DNA of 60,161 nucleotides from Candidatus Daviesbacteria bacterium (GCA_003519445.1 DOWS01000020.1:1-60161); one strand, 5' to 3'. Shown: positions 50,706 to 58,367, counted from the stretch's first letter. The notes: generated by a model not told the origin, from the letters alone. Made by a program: numbers and translations.

Positions 50706-50745
50706 ACACCCTTGGGGTGGTATAGGTTGACACCTGCGGATTTTT
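50706..50745 (+). repeat. 40-nt REP-like repeat, copy C (right of the transposase gene)
   Basis: acacccttggggtggtataggttgacacctgcggattttt. One mismatch to copy B. Confidence 0.9.
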
Positions 50746-50774
50746 CTGTATTTTTGTGCTTGTAATTTGGAAAG

Positions 50775-51014
50775 TTAAAATATAATTTTCATTATCGCAA
50801 CTAAGGCTATTATTGCCCAAATTAAATTCAATATACCTGATTGATAAACTCTTTTATAAAATGAAACTGCTACTATTCCTGCTGCACCAGTAAAATTTAA
50901 TATTTGATAGAGTAAATCAGTGGGTTTGATAACAGAAAAACTGGATAATGCAAAGGCTGTTATTATGGATATAGTCCCATACCACCCCCCCCATTCAATT
51001 AAAGACTTTTGCAT
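50775..51014 (-). CDS. small 3-TM membrane protein (79 aa)
   Basis: Three hydrophobic helices. Starts 13 nt downstream of the nrdJ stop. Confidence 0.5.
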   Translation of the reverse strand: MQKSLIEWGGWYGTISIITAFALSSFSVIKPTDLLYQILNFTGAAGIVAVSFYKRVYQSGILNLIWAIIALVAIMKIIF

Positions 51015-51026
51015 TATTCTAATATT

Positions 51027-53624
51027 CTAACACATGGAATAACCACAGGAGTGGCATTTTTTGCAGCCTTCTTCCATCACAAAAGAAACACTGCCGCATT
51101 CCGGACAAAGATCAACATTTGTAGAAGGAGTTAAATTTAAAGGAACTTGTTCCACTTCTTCCTCTTTTAAACCATTAAGCGCCAAATCTTCCGCCAACAC
51201 TTTTGCTATAGCATCTGCCAAACTCATTACCCTATTTTTACCAAATCCCACAGAAGATGCCCCACCAATACCTTTGAGCTGGTTGACAATCGCTGCTGCC
51301 ACTTCTTTAGGATCTGCAGGGTGACCATTTCTACCTAATCTTAAAGACAGCGAAACCAATCTTCCCATAGCTTCCGCATCAGCCATGGTATGCATCCCGC
51401 CTTTACCTACTGTAATAAATACCTCAAAAGGGTGATCCTGCTCATCTCTGTTAATAGTAATAAATGCCTCACCCACAGGAGTAGAGATTTTGTAAGTTCT
51501 GCCACGGAGTATCATTGGCCGCTGGGCTACCGGAACTACCTGATCCTTATTAAGGGTAGATGATACATTTAAAACCTGAATGCTTTTGGATCCATCCCTA
51601 TAAATAGTGATTCCACTGCAACCTGTTTCATAAGCCATCATGTATGCAGTTTTCACATCGTCACGGGTGGCACTGTTTGGAAGATTTATTGTTTTAGAAA
51701 CTCCATTATCTGTATATGCCTGAAAAGCTGCCTGCATTTTAACATGCCATGTTGGCTCAATTTCTTGTGCTGTCACAAAAACTTTCTGCCAATCTATTGG
51801 CACATCGTCAAGGCCAGCTACAGACCCATGTTCTAAAACTTTAGCTGCCAGGTCGTCGCTATAAAACCCTTCCCTTTTAGCAATATCTGTAAAAGTCTGA
51901 TTGGCAATAGTTAGTGTCCTATATTCATCACCTTTTGATTTAGCTTTATGGATATAGGCCAAAGCAAAAACCGGTTCAATGCCGGAAGAACAATCTCCGA
52001 TAATAGAAATAGTGCCTGTTGGGGCAATTGTGGTAATTGTTGAATTTCTGATTTGTTTATTGCCCATATAAGCTTTTGACTGCGGCCGATTTTTAAAGGC
52101 AATAGAGTGTTTATCTGCATAAATTGAGTGTTGCCAATTTGGGAAAGCCCCTCTTTCCACAGCCAACTCCTCTGACATCTGATGTCCTTCTTCATTGATA
52201 AATTTCATTACTTTTTCTGCCAGCTCCAAGGCTTGATCAGAATTATATTGAATTTTTAATTTAAAAAGCATATCTGCAAAACCCATTACTCCCAGCCCTA
52301 TTCTTCTATTACCGTGTACTTCATCATAAATCTGTTTCAGGGTATAAGGGTTTGTTTGCACCACATTATCCAAAAAGTGCACTGCCAGTTTTGTTATCTG
52401 ACCTAATCTTTCCCAATCCACACCTGATCCGTCTTCTAAAACAAATTTGCCCAGATTTATAGAACCCAAATTACAAGCATCCCATGGCGCCAGAGGTTGC
52501 TCGCCGCATGGATTTGTGCTCTCTATTGTTTCCAAGGAAGGCACAGGATTAGCAGGAGAATCATTAATCCTGTCAATAAATATCAGTCCCGGGTCTCCGG
52601 TTTTCCAAGCCCGTTCAATAATCTCATCAAAAACCTCTCTTGCATTGAATTTACCAACCACTTTTTTACTGTCAGGATTCACTAAATTAAAATCTTCGCC
52701 TTTTTCCAAAGCTTCCATAAATTTATTTGTCACTGCCACTGAAATATTAAAATTGGCAATCTGTTTATCCAAAAGCAAAGTTTTAACAAAGTCTCTGGCA
52801 GAATCATCCGGCAAAAGCGGAGCAATACCCTCGTAAACCGGTTTGTTTAAGTCATCCAATTCTGCCTTACACCTGATAAATTCTAAAATATCAGGATGGT
52901 CAATCCGCAAAATCCCCATATTAGCCCCTCTTCTGGTCCCACCCTGTTTAATAGATTCTGTGGCAGCATTAAAAACCCGCAAAAACGAAACCGGGCCGGA
53001 GGCCACACCGCCTGTAGTATTAACAATACTGCCCGCAGGTCTAACTCTTGAGAAAGCAAACCCTGTTCCTCCTCCTGTTTGGTGAATCAAAGCCGCATAT
53101 TTTATGGAATCAAATATTTCAGGAAGCGAATCCCCTACAGGAAGCACAAAACAAGCAGAATACTGTAAACCGTTTTGTTTCCCTGCATTCATTATTGTTG
53201 GGGAATTAGGCAAAAATTCTTGACTAACCATCGTTTTGTAAAACTCAACAGCTTTTTGTTGAACTTGTTTCTCGCTTGCTCCAAAATCAAAATCTCCGGA
53301 GGCAATATCATATGCAATATGCCAAAATCTCTCTGCCACTCCCTCCACTACTTCCAAATTTCCACCCTTAAGAAGATATCTTTCTAGTAAAATTTTATTT
53401 GAACTTTCGGAAAATGTGGGAGTAGGTAGATCTGCAGGCATGGGCGGAATTTTTTTGTAACGGGGAACAAATCTTGTTTCAAAACTCCTGTTGTTTCGGT
53501 CCAGTCCATTATGCTTACCATTGGTTTTTCTCTCACCATTTATCTTTCTTTTCTCTATGCTTCTCGGTAAAGAAATTATCTGCAGTATTGGTTTTGTTTG
53601 AATTTGTTTTTTTACTTTTTGCAT
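51027..53624 (-). CDS. nrdJ: class II (adenosylcobalamin-dependent) ribonucleotide reductase
   Basis: NPCGEQPL (catalytic Cys-Glu), TIAPTGTISI, GCSGITIYRDGS, C-terminal CPECGS...CKKCHSCG zinc ribbon. About 65-aa basic N-terminal extension. Confidence 0.9.
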   Translation of the reverse strand: MQKVKKQIQTKPILQIISLPRSIEKRKINGERKTNGKHNGLDRNNRSFETRFVPRYKKIPPMPADLPTPTFSESSNKILLERYLLKGGNLEVVEGVAERFWHIAYDIASGDFDFGASEKQVQQKAVEFYKTMVSQEFLPNSPTIMNAGKQNGLQYSACFVLPVGDSLPEIFDSIKYAALIHQTGGGTGFAFSRVRPAGSIVNTTGGVASGPVSFLRVFNAATESIKQGGTRRGANMGILRIDHPDILEFIRCKAELDDLNKPVYEGIAPLLPDDSARDFVKTLLLDKQIANFNISVAVTNKFMEALEKGEDFNLVNPDSKKVVGKFNAREVFDEIIERAWKTGDPGLIFIDRINDSPANPVPSLETIESTNPCGEQPLAPWDACNLGSINLGKFVLEDGSGVDWERLGQITKLAVHFLDNVVQTNPYTLKQIYDEVHGNRRIGLGVMGFADMLFKLKIQYNSDQALELAEKVMKFINEEGHQMSEELAVERGAFPNWQHSIYADKHSIAFKNRPQSKAYMGNKQIRNSTITTIAPTGTISIIGDCSSGIEPVFALAYIHKAKSKGDEYRTLTIANQTFTDIAKREGFYSDDLAAKVLEHGSVAGLDDVPIDWQKVFVTAQEIEPTWHVKMQAAFQAYTDNGVSKTINLPNSATRDDVKTAYMMAYETGCSGITIYRDGSKSIQVLNVSSTLNKDQVVPVAQRPMILRGRTYKISTPVGEAFITINRDEQDHPFEVFITVGKGGMHTMADAEAMGRLVSLSLRLGRNGHPADPKEVAAAIVNQLKGIGGASSVGFGKNRVMSLADAIAKVLAEDLALNGLKEEEVEQVPLNLTPSTNVDLCPECGSVSFVMEEGCKKCHSCGYSMC

Positions 53625-53635
53625 ATTTTTTAAAA

Positions 53636-53665
53636 CTATACCCTGTACGCTAAACCCTATACCCT
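53636..53665. repeat. two direct 9-mers (ctataccct) with 21-bp period between nrdR and nrdJ
   Basis: ctataccct at 53636-44 and 53657-65. On the gene strand, AGGGTATAG twice. The proximal copy contains TATAGT 10 nt upstream of the nrdJ ATG. Confidence 0.6.
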
Positions 53666-53667
53666 AA

Positions 53668-54108
53668 CTAAAGTGTTTCTAATTCCTTTTTAAAATCTTT
53701 TGTGTCGGAAAAAGTCCTATACACGCTTGCAAACCGCAAATAAGCAACCGGGTCCAATTTTTTCAGTTCCGAGAGTACCCATTTACCTAAAGTTTGCGAT
53801 GGCACCTCCTGTATTCTTTTTGCTCTAATCCTACCCTCTATTTTGTCAAGAATCCTAGCTACTTTCTCAAGCCCAGGTCTTTTTTCTAAAGCTCGCGATA
53901 AACCTACCTGCAGTTTCTCCCTTGCAAAAGGCTCTTTTTTCCCGTCCTTTTTAATTACCAATATTTCAATAGCAGAGATTATTTCGTAAGTTGTAAAGCG
54001 CTTTCCGCATTTTAAACATTCCCTGCGCCGCCTGATTTCCCCCCGGCTATCAACCGATCTTTTATCTACTACCTTGCTTAAAAAACTTTGACAAAATGGA
54101 CATTTCAC
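53668..54108 (-). CDS. nrdR: transcriptional repressor NrdR
   Basis: MKCPFC...CLKCGKRFTTYE zinc ribbon plus ATP-cone. GTG start. Confidence 0.9.
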   Translation of the reverse strand: MKCPFCQSFLSKVVDKRSVDSRGEIRRRRECLKCGKRFTTYEIISAIEILVIKKDGKKEPFAREKLQVGLSRALEKRPGLEKVARILDKIEGRIRAKRIQEVPSQTLGKWVLSELKKLDPVAYLRFASVYRTFSDTKDFKKELETL

Positions 54109-54115
54109 AAAACCT

Positions 54116-54124
54116 ATTTTAGCA
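54116..54124 (-). promoter_or_regulatory. extended -10 (TGC-TAAAAT), 7 nt upstream of nrdR GTG 54108
   Basis: Minus strand: tgcTAAAAT-aggtttt-GTG. Confidence 0.45.
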
Positions 54125-54152
54125 TAACATGTTGGTATCTTAAAGTGTCAAT

Positions 54153-54168
54153 ATACAATATATTGTGT
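54153..54168. promoter_or_regulatory. NrdR-box-like 16-bp palindrome
   Basis: Gene-strand acacaatatattgtat, one mismatch from a perfect acacaatatattgtgt palindrome. A weaker candidate (centre aacatgtt, 54122-54137) lies 31 bp away centre to centre. Confidence 0.55.
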
Positions 54169-54180
54169 AAAAAGCAATTT

Positions 54181-54242
54181 GTCATTCTGAGGCCGAAGGC
54201 CGAAGAATCTAATTAGATCCTTCGCTAATCGCTCAGGATGAC
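54181..54242 (-). terminator. 62-nt imperfect hairpin downstream of the cyclophilin gene (possible terminator/insulator)
   Basis: gtcattctgag (54181-91) pairs with ctcaggatgac (54232-42), 11 bp with one G-U. Inner stem cgaagaatc/gatccttcg. On the minus strand it is followed by aaattgcttttt. Confidence 0.45.
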
Positions 54243-54248
54243 CGTGCA

Positions 54249-54947
54249 TCATTGTAAATTCTGCACGGTTACCTTTTTCATTATATCCCCTACTTCAATT
54301 TTTTCCACCACATCCATACCTAAAATAACATTAGCGAAAATAGTGTAATTTTTAGGAAGTTCCGGGCGATCTTCCAATAAAACAAAAAATTGACTGCCAT
54401 TAGTATTCGGACCCGCATTAGCCATAGCTACAATTCCTTTTTTGTAATCCCTGGTTATTGCCTCATTTGGAAAAATATAACCCGGTCCGCCTGTACCATT
54501 GCCTAATGGGTCTCCACCCTGGATTACAAAACCTTTTTCCACCCGGTGAAAATTCAACCCGTCATAAAAACCATTAGCCGCGAGAAATATGAAATTGGAA
54601 GCAGTCATTGGCGCATCAGCATAAATCTCCATCTCAAACATACCTTTGTTGGTTAAAACTTGAGCTTTTTTGTTCTTTAAAAATTCATCTTTCAAAATAC
54701 CCGGAAAAGTTCCTACTAATTTATTTTTGGCAAAAGGCAAACCAGAGGGTTGAGATTGAGATTGAGGTTGAACCACGGGTGAAGGAGATTGTTGAGGCTG
54801 ATTAAAAGTAAAATTAATATTACCTGGAGATGGAGTAGGTGAAGGTAAAACATTAATCTCCTGCTTAAATTTATTAAAAACAAAATAAGCAGCCGCACCT
54901 ATGATAAATACAATCAGCAATAATTTTAAAAGGTTTTGATTGGTCAC
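54249..54947 (-). CDS. cyclophilin-type peptidyl-prolyl isomerase, membrane-anchored
   Basis: N-terminal TM. FHRVEKGFVIQGGDPLGNGTGGPGY, GIVAMANAGPNTNGSQFFV. Confidence 0.85.
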   Translation of the reverse strand: MTNQNLLKLLLIVFIIGAAAYFVFNKFKQEINVLPSPTPSPGNINFTFNQPQQSPSPVVQPQSQSQPSGLPFAKNKLVGTFPGILKDEFLKNKKAQVLTNKGMFEMEIYADAPMTASNFIFLAANGFYDGLNFHRVEKGFVIQGGDPLGNGTGGPGYIFPNEAITRDYKKGIVAMANAGPNTNGSQFFVLLEDRPELPKNYTIFANVILGMDVVEKIEVGDIMKKVTVQNLQ

Positions 54948-54952
54948 GGTTT

Positions 54953-55873
54953 CTATATAGCACTTAAAGAAAAGTTAAGCAAGTTTCTTGCCTCATCTCT
55001 TCTGGCTTGTGAACCCAAAAGCACTCCCAGCACCTCACGGCTTTCTTTACGGGCCAAAGTAATCAGAGTTAATCCTGCCTCCGGAGTGTAACCGGTTTTA
55101 AGTCCCACTACTCCCGGATAAGTTGTCAAAAGATTTATCCCCGAATACATATCATAGTCCTGATGGTTTTCTGTTACAGGCAAATAGATATACGGTGTCC
55201 TGGAAATCTCCACTATTTCTGGATAATGCTTAATTAAATACCGTGATAATATTGCCAGATCATAGGCGCTGGAGTATGAATTGTTCGAATCTTCATCCAA
55301 ACCCGTGGGGTTTACAAACAAGCTATCATTCATCCCCACCTGCTTGGCTTTAATATTCATTAGTTTTATAAACTCATCCTTATCTCCTGTTGTCCCCTCG
55401 CTCAAAACCTCTGCCGCGTCATTGGCAGAAATCAAAAATATTCCATATAACAACTCTTTTAAAGTTAGTTTTTCTCCGGCAATCAAAAGCATTTTGTCCG
55501 GCTCCATATCTGCCGCATATTGGGAAACAGTAAACTGATCATCCATATTTTTGTGTTCCAGGGCAATTAAAACAGTCATCACCTTAACTAACGAAGCAAT
55601 CGGCAATTTTTTATTGGGGTTTTTTGAATAAAATACCTGTCCGGTTTTTGTGTCAATAAATAAAGCTGCTTCCGCAGTCACTTTTGGTGCATCCAATTGC
55701 ACTGCATTTATATTTCCCGGAAACCACTGATTTATACCTAAAACTTTCTCCTGCACTGAAATAGGAGAGATTAGGTTTATCTCTCCTTTACTTAAGCTGC
55801 TGCTTAGTAAAACTAAAAGAAGAAAAATAAAAATAAATAAAAGTGCAGCCAATTTTTTCATGTAATTTTTCAT
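54953..55873 (-). CDS. D-alanyl-D-alanine carboxypeptidase (S11, PBP5-like)
   Basis: SxxK (ASLVK), SxN (SAND), KTG (LKTGYT). Signal/TM at the N-terminus. Confidence 0.85.
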   Translation of the reverse strand: MKNYMKKLAALLFIFIFLLLVLLSSSLSKGEINLISPISVQEKVLGINQWFPGNINAVQLDAPKVTAEAALFIDTKTGQVFYSKNPNKKLPIASLVKVMTVLIALEHKNMDDQFTVSQYAADMEPDKMLLIAGEKLTLKELLYGIFLISANDAAEVLSEGTTGDKDEFIKLMNIKAKQVGMNDSLFVNPTGLDEDSNNSYSSAYDLAILSRYLIKHYPEIVEISRTPYIYLPVTENHQDYDMYSGINLLTTYPGVVGLKTGYTPEAGLTLITLARKESREVLGVLLGSQARRDEARNLLNFSLSAI

Positions 55874-55943
55874 CTTAATCTAAATTGCCACTTGACGTCC
55901 AGATTAAATTTATCTCACAATTAAATTACGGTTCGTAGACGGC

Positions 55944-56663
55944 GTGCCGGAATTTATGCTACACCGTCTCTTGCCGCTCTTAATCATTATCGGATTTTTA
56001 AGTTATGTTATTTTTAATTTCCAGAGTTTACGGCGGGATCTTGCGTATAAATTTGGCATTTCAGGAGATCCCACCACTTCATGTTGCACCAAAGAACAAG
56101 TTGAAAACTCCAGCGGCGATTTTGATGAAAATGCCTCAATTGCCATTTTCAACAATCAAGTAGTTGATTATCCGAAAACTTCTTTGGCTCAAAATCAAAA
56201 ATTGCCCAAACCGAATACTGCAGTACTTGGCACTACCAATGCTGCAGGAGAAGAAAAATGGATTGAGGTTTCTATACCGGAACAAAAAATCAGGGCGTGG
56301 GAGGGCAACAAAGTAGTGATGGAATTTCTGGTTTCTACCGGCAAATGGGCTCCTACTCCCAAAGGGGATTATAGAGTTTGGCATAAAACCAGAAGTCAGG
56401 CGATGTCGGGCGGATCCAAAGAATTAGGCACTTATTATTATTTGCCCAATGTACCAAACAATATGTTTTTTTACAAAGGCTATGCCATTCATGGGGCTTA
56501 CTGGCATAATAATTTTGGCCAACCCATGTCTCATGGATGTGTCAATTCCCCTTTAGCCAATGCAGCGGCTATTTTTGACTGGGCCGGGCCGGTTTTACCT
56601 GACGGAGTCAATGCCATCCACTCCACCCCTGAAAACCCGGGTACCCGGGTTTTAGTACATTAA
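55944..56663 (+). CDS. L,D-transpeptidase (YkuD domain)
   Basis: YAIHGAYWHNNFGQPMSHGCVNS (His...SHGC catalytic motif). N-terminal TM. The start may be ATG 55956. Confidence 0.8.
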   Translation: MPEFMLHRLLPLLIIIGFLSYVIFNFQSLRRDLAYKFGISGDPTTSCCTKEQVENSSGDFDENASIAIFNNQVVDYPKTSLAQNQKLPKPNTAVLGTTNAAGEEKWIEVSIPEQKIRAWEGNKVVMEFLVSTGKWAPTPKGDYRVWHKTRSQAMSGGSKELGTYYYLPNVPNNMFFYKGYAIHGAYWHNNFGQPMSHGCVNSPLANAAAIFDWAGPVLPDGVNAIHSTPENPGTRVLVH

Positions 56664-57622
56664 CCTTCATGAATATTGGAAGTTTGTTGGTGGGGAACTT
56701 TGGAAAGATGCTCTGCCACCCTTAATCCGGTTTTGGCACCTTCTCCTGCTGCAATCACAATTTGTTCACCCCACTGGTCATTAACATCCCCACAAGCATA
56801 AATCCCCGGAACAGAGGTAGCACCGTAATTATCTACCTCGATTTCCCCTTTATCATTTTTATCAGTCAATTTGTCAAAAGAAGTTGAAGGTGTCCAGCCG
56901 ATTTCAATAAACACTCCTGAAACAGAAATTATTTGTTCCTCATTTGTTTGTTTGTTTTTTATTTTAATTCCCCCAACAGCCTGATCGCCTAAAATCTCCA
57001 AAGCTTCGTGATTATTTAAAATCTTAACCTTGGAAGAAGAAGTTACATTTTTCATTAAAATCTCATCTCCGCGAAGAGCATCTGTAATATTAATAATAGT
57101 GACGGATCGGGCCACCTTTTGCAAAACAAATGCCGCGTCTAAAGCAGAATTTCCACCACCTACCACTGCCACTTGCTTTTCCCTGTAAAAAGGCGCATCA
57201 CAGGTTGTGCAGGTTGCTACTCCTTTTCCAAGCAGTTCTTTCTCACCCGGGATACCCAACATCTTGGGGATTCTGCCGGAGGCAATTATTACTGTTTTAC
57301 CATGATACTCTTTTTCATCTGAAGTTTTGACTAAGAAATCCGGATCTGCACCGGATAAATCAACTACCTCAACTCCCTCTTTAATCCACAGTCCGTCATT
57401 TTCAAAATTCATCAATTCTTCTTTAAACTTCTTGGCTAAATCCGCTCCGGTAATCATGGTAAATCCAGGATAGTTTTCCACATCGCCAGACAGCGCTGCC
57501 TGCCCGCCAATATTTTTGGTCAGCATTAAAACTTTCAAATTTTTTCTAACCGTATAAATGGCAGCTGTAATACCTGATGCTCCTCCGCCAATAATCACAG
57601 TATCAAAGAATTGTGAATCCAC
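56660..57622 (-). CDS. trxB: thioredoxin-disulfide reductase
   Basis: DTVIIGGGASG, redox CTTCDAPF, VVGGGNSALD, ACGD. Start moved to GTG 57622 on promoter logic (ORF-track start 57670). Confidence 0.8.
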   Translation of the reverse strand: MDSQFFDTVIIGGGASGITAAIYTVRKNLKVLMLTKNIGGQAALSGDVENYPGFTMITGADLAKKFKEELMNFENDGLWIKEGVEVVDLSGADPDFLVKTSDEKEYHGKTVIIASGRIPKMLGIPGEKELLGKGVATCTTCDAPFYREKQVAVVGGGNSALDAAFVLQKVARSVTIINITDALRGDEILMKNVTSSSKVKILNNHEALEILGDQAVGGIKIKNKQTNEEQIISVSGVFIEIGWTPSTSFDKLTDKNDKGEIEVDNYGATSVPGIYACGDVNDQWGEQIVIAAGEGAKTGLRVAEHLSKVPHQQTSNIHEG

Positions 57623-57628
57623 GTAAAT

Positions 57629-57637
57629 ATGATACCA
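57629..57637 (-). promoter_or_regulatory. extended -10 (TGG-TATCAT), 6 nt upstream of GTG 57622
   Basis: Minus strand: tggTATCAT-atttac-GTG. Overlaps a mirror-image TGA-TACCAT (57630-38) 6 nt upstream of ATG 57645 on the plus strand. Confidence 0.4.
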
Positions 57638-57644
57638 TAAATTT

Positions 57645-58367
57645 ATGAGATCTCTTTTTAAATTACCCAAAATTCAAATGGCTATCTTTCTTTTCCTGAT
57701 TTTTCTATCAGCCTTTTGGTACAGTCCCTCTGCGTCAAAGCTTTTAACTTTAACCTTGGCTTTATCTTCAACGGTTATTTCCGATTTTATGTTTACTAAA
57801 CTTCGCCGCATCCCTCCTTTTCTACTGTCAGCCGGCATAGTTTCAGGACTAATCATCGCCTTACTGACAGACCCCAGTTTACCTTGGTATATTCCGGTTT
57901 TAGCCGGAGTTTTGGCCATGTTTTCCAAAAATTTCTTGCGGTTCTCAAGACGGCATATATTTAATCCTGCTGGATTCGGTTTAATCCTAACAGCATTTAT
58001 CTTTCAAACAGGAGTTTCCTGGTGGGCAGTTTCATTTCAAACCTTTCCGCAGAATTTAATTTTCTTTTTAATTCTTTTAACCCCCGCTTTTGTATCCATC
58101 AAAAAAATGAGACGGCATTTGACTATTTTTTCCTTTTTAATTGCCTATGGAATAATTTTTAAGAATTTTTTTCTTGACCCCACAGTGTTATTTTTTACCC
58201 TGGTGATGCTACCCGAACCAATGACCACTCCCTACATTAAAAAATATCAGGTCATATTTGGGGTATTTGTATCTATTATCTCGTTTTTAATCTCAAGTTT
58301 TTTTGCGGGGGATCCTTTAATTACCGCGCTATTACTGGGAAATATTATATTTTTCAAATTTCTTTAG
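57645..58367 (+). CDS. multi-TM membrane protein, NqrB/RnfD-like (weak)
   Basis: RRHIFNPAGFGLIL resembles the RnfD/NqrB FNPA block. The protein is shorter than canonical RnfD. Confidence 0.35.
   Translation: MRSLFKLPKIQMAIFLFLIFLSAFWYSPSASKLLTLTLALSSTVISDFMFTKLRRIPPFLLSAGIVSGLIIALLTDPSLPWYIPVLAGVLAMFSKNFLRFSRRHIFNPAGFGLILTAFIFQTGVSWWAVSFQTFPQNLIFFLILLTPAFVSIKKMRRHLTIFSFLIAYGIIFKNFFLDPTVLFFTLVMLPEPMTTPYIKKYQVIFGVFVSIISFLISSFFAGDPLITALLLGNIIFFKFL

Larger units (their letters stand above)
49989..50745 (+). mobile_element. 757-bp unit: repeat B, Y1/HUH transposase gene, repeat C (IS200-like minimal IS or RAYT with flanking REPs)
   Basis: Single HUH/Y1 gene bracketed by two same-orientation copies of the repeat. 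Size is close to that of IS200-type elements. Confidence 0.5.

Noticed and set aside
51027-53624. Intein or intron inside nrdJ (and secA/lon), as is common in RNR genes.
   Set aside because: The conserved blocks follow each other without an extra 130+ aa insert. I see no Cys/Ser…HN-Cys/Ser/Thr splice junction pattern.
53441-53667. Possible cobalamin riboswitch in front of nrdJ. Reasons to look: the gene is B12-dependent, the apparent leader would be long if the internal ATG were used, and there is a ggtgagagaaaaacc string.
   Set aside because: I see no B12-box-like element (…AGYCMGGAGACCKGCC…) and no conserved GCCACTG-type core. The whole stretch is an open reading frame continuous with nrdJ.
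54181-54242. The GC-rich hairpin as a structured ncRNA gene or riboswitch for nrdR.
   Set aside because: It lies upstream of the nrdR promoter and operator, not in the leader (the mRNA appears leaderless). There is no recognisable family signature, and a terminator or repeat explanation is simpler.
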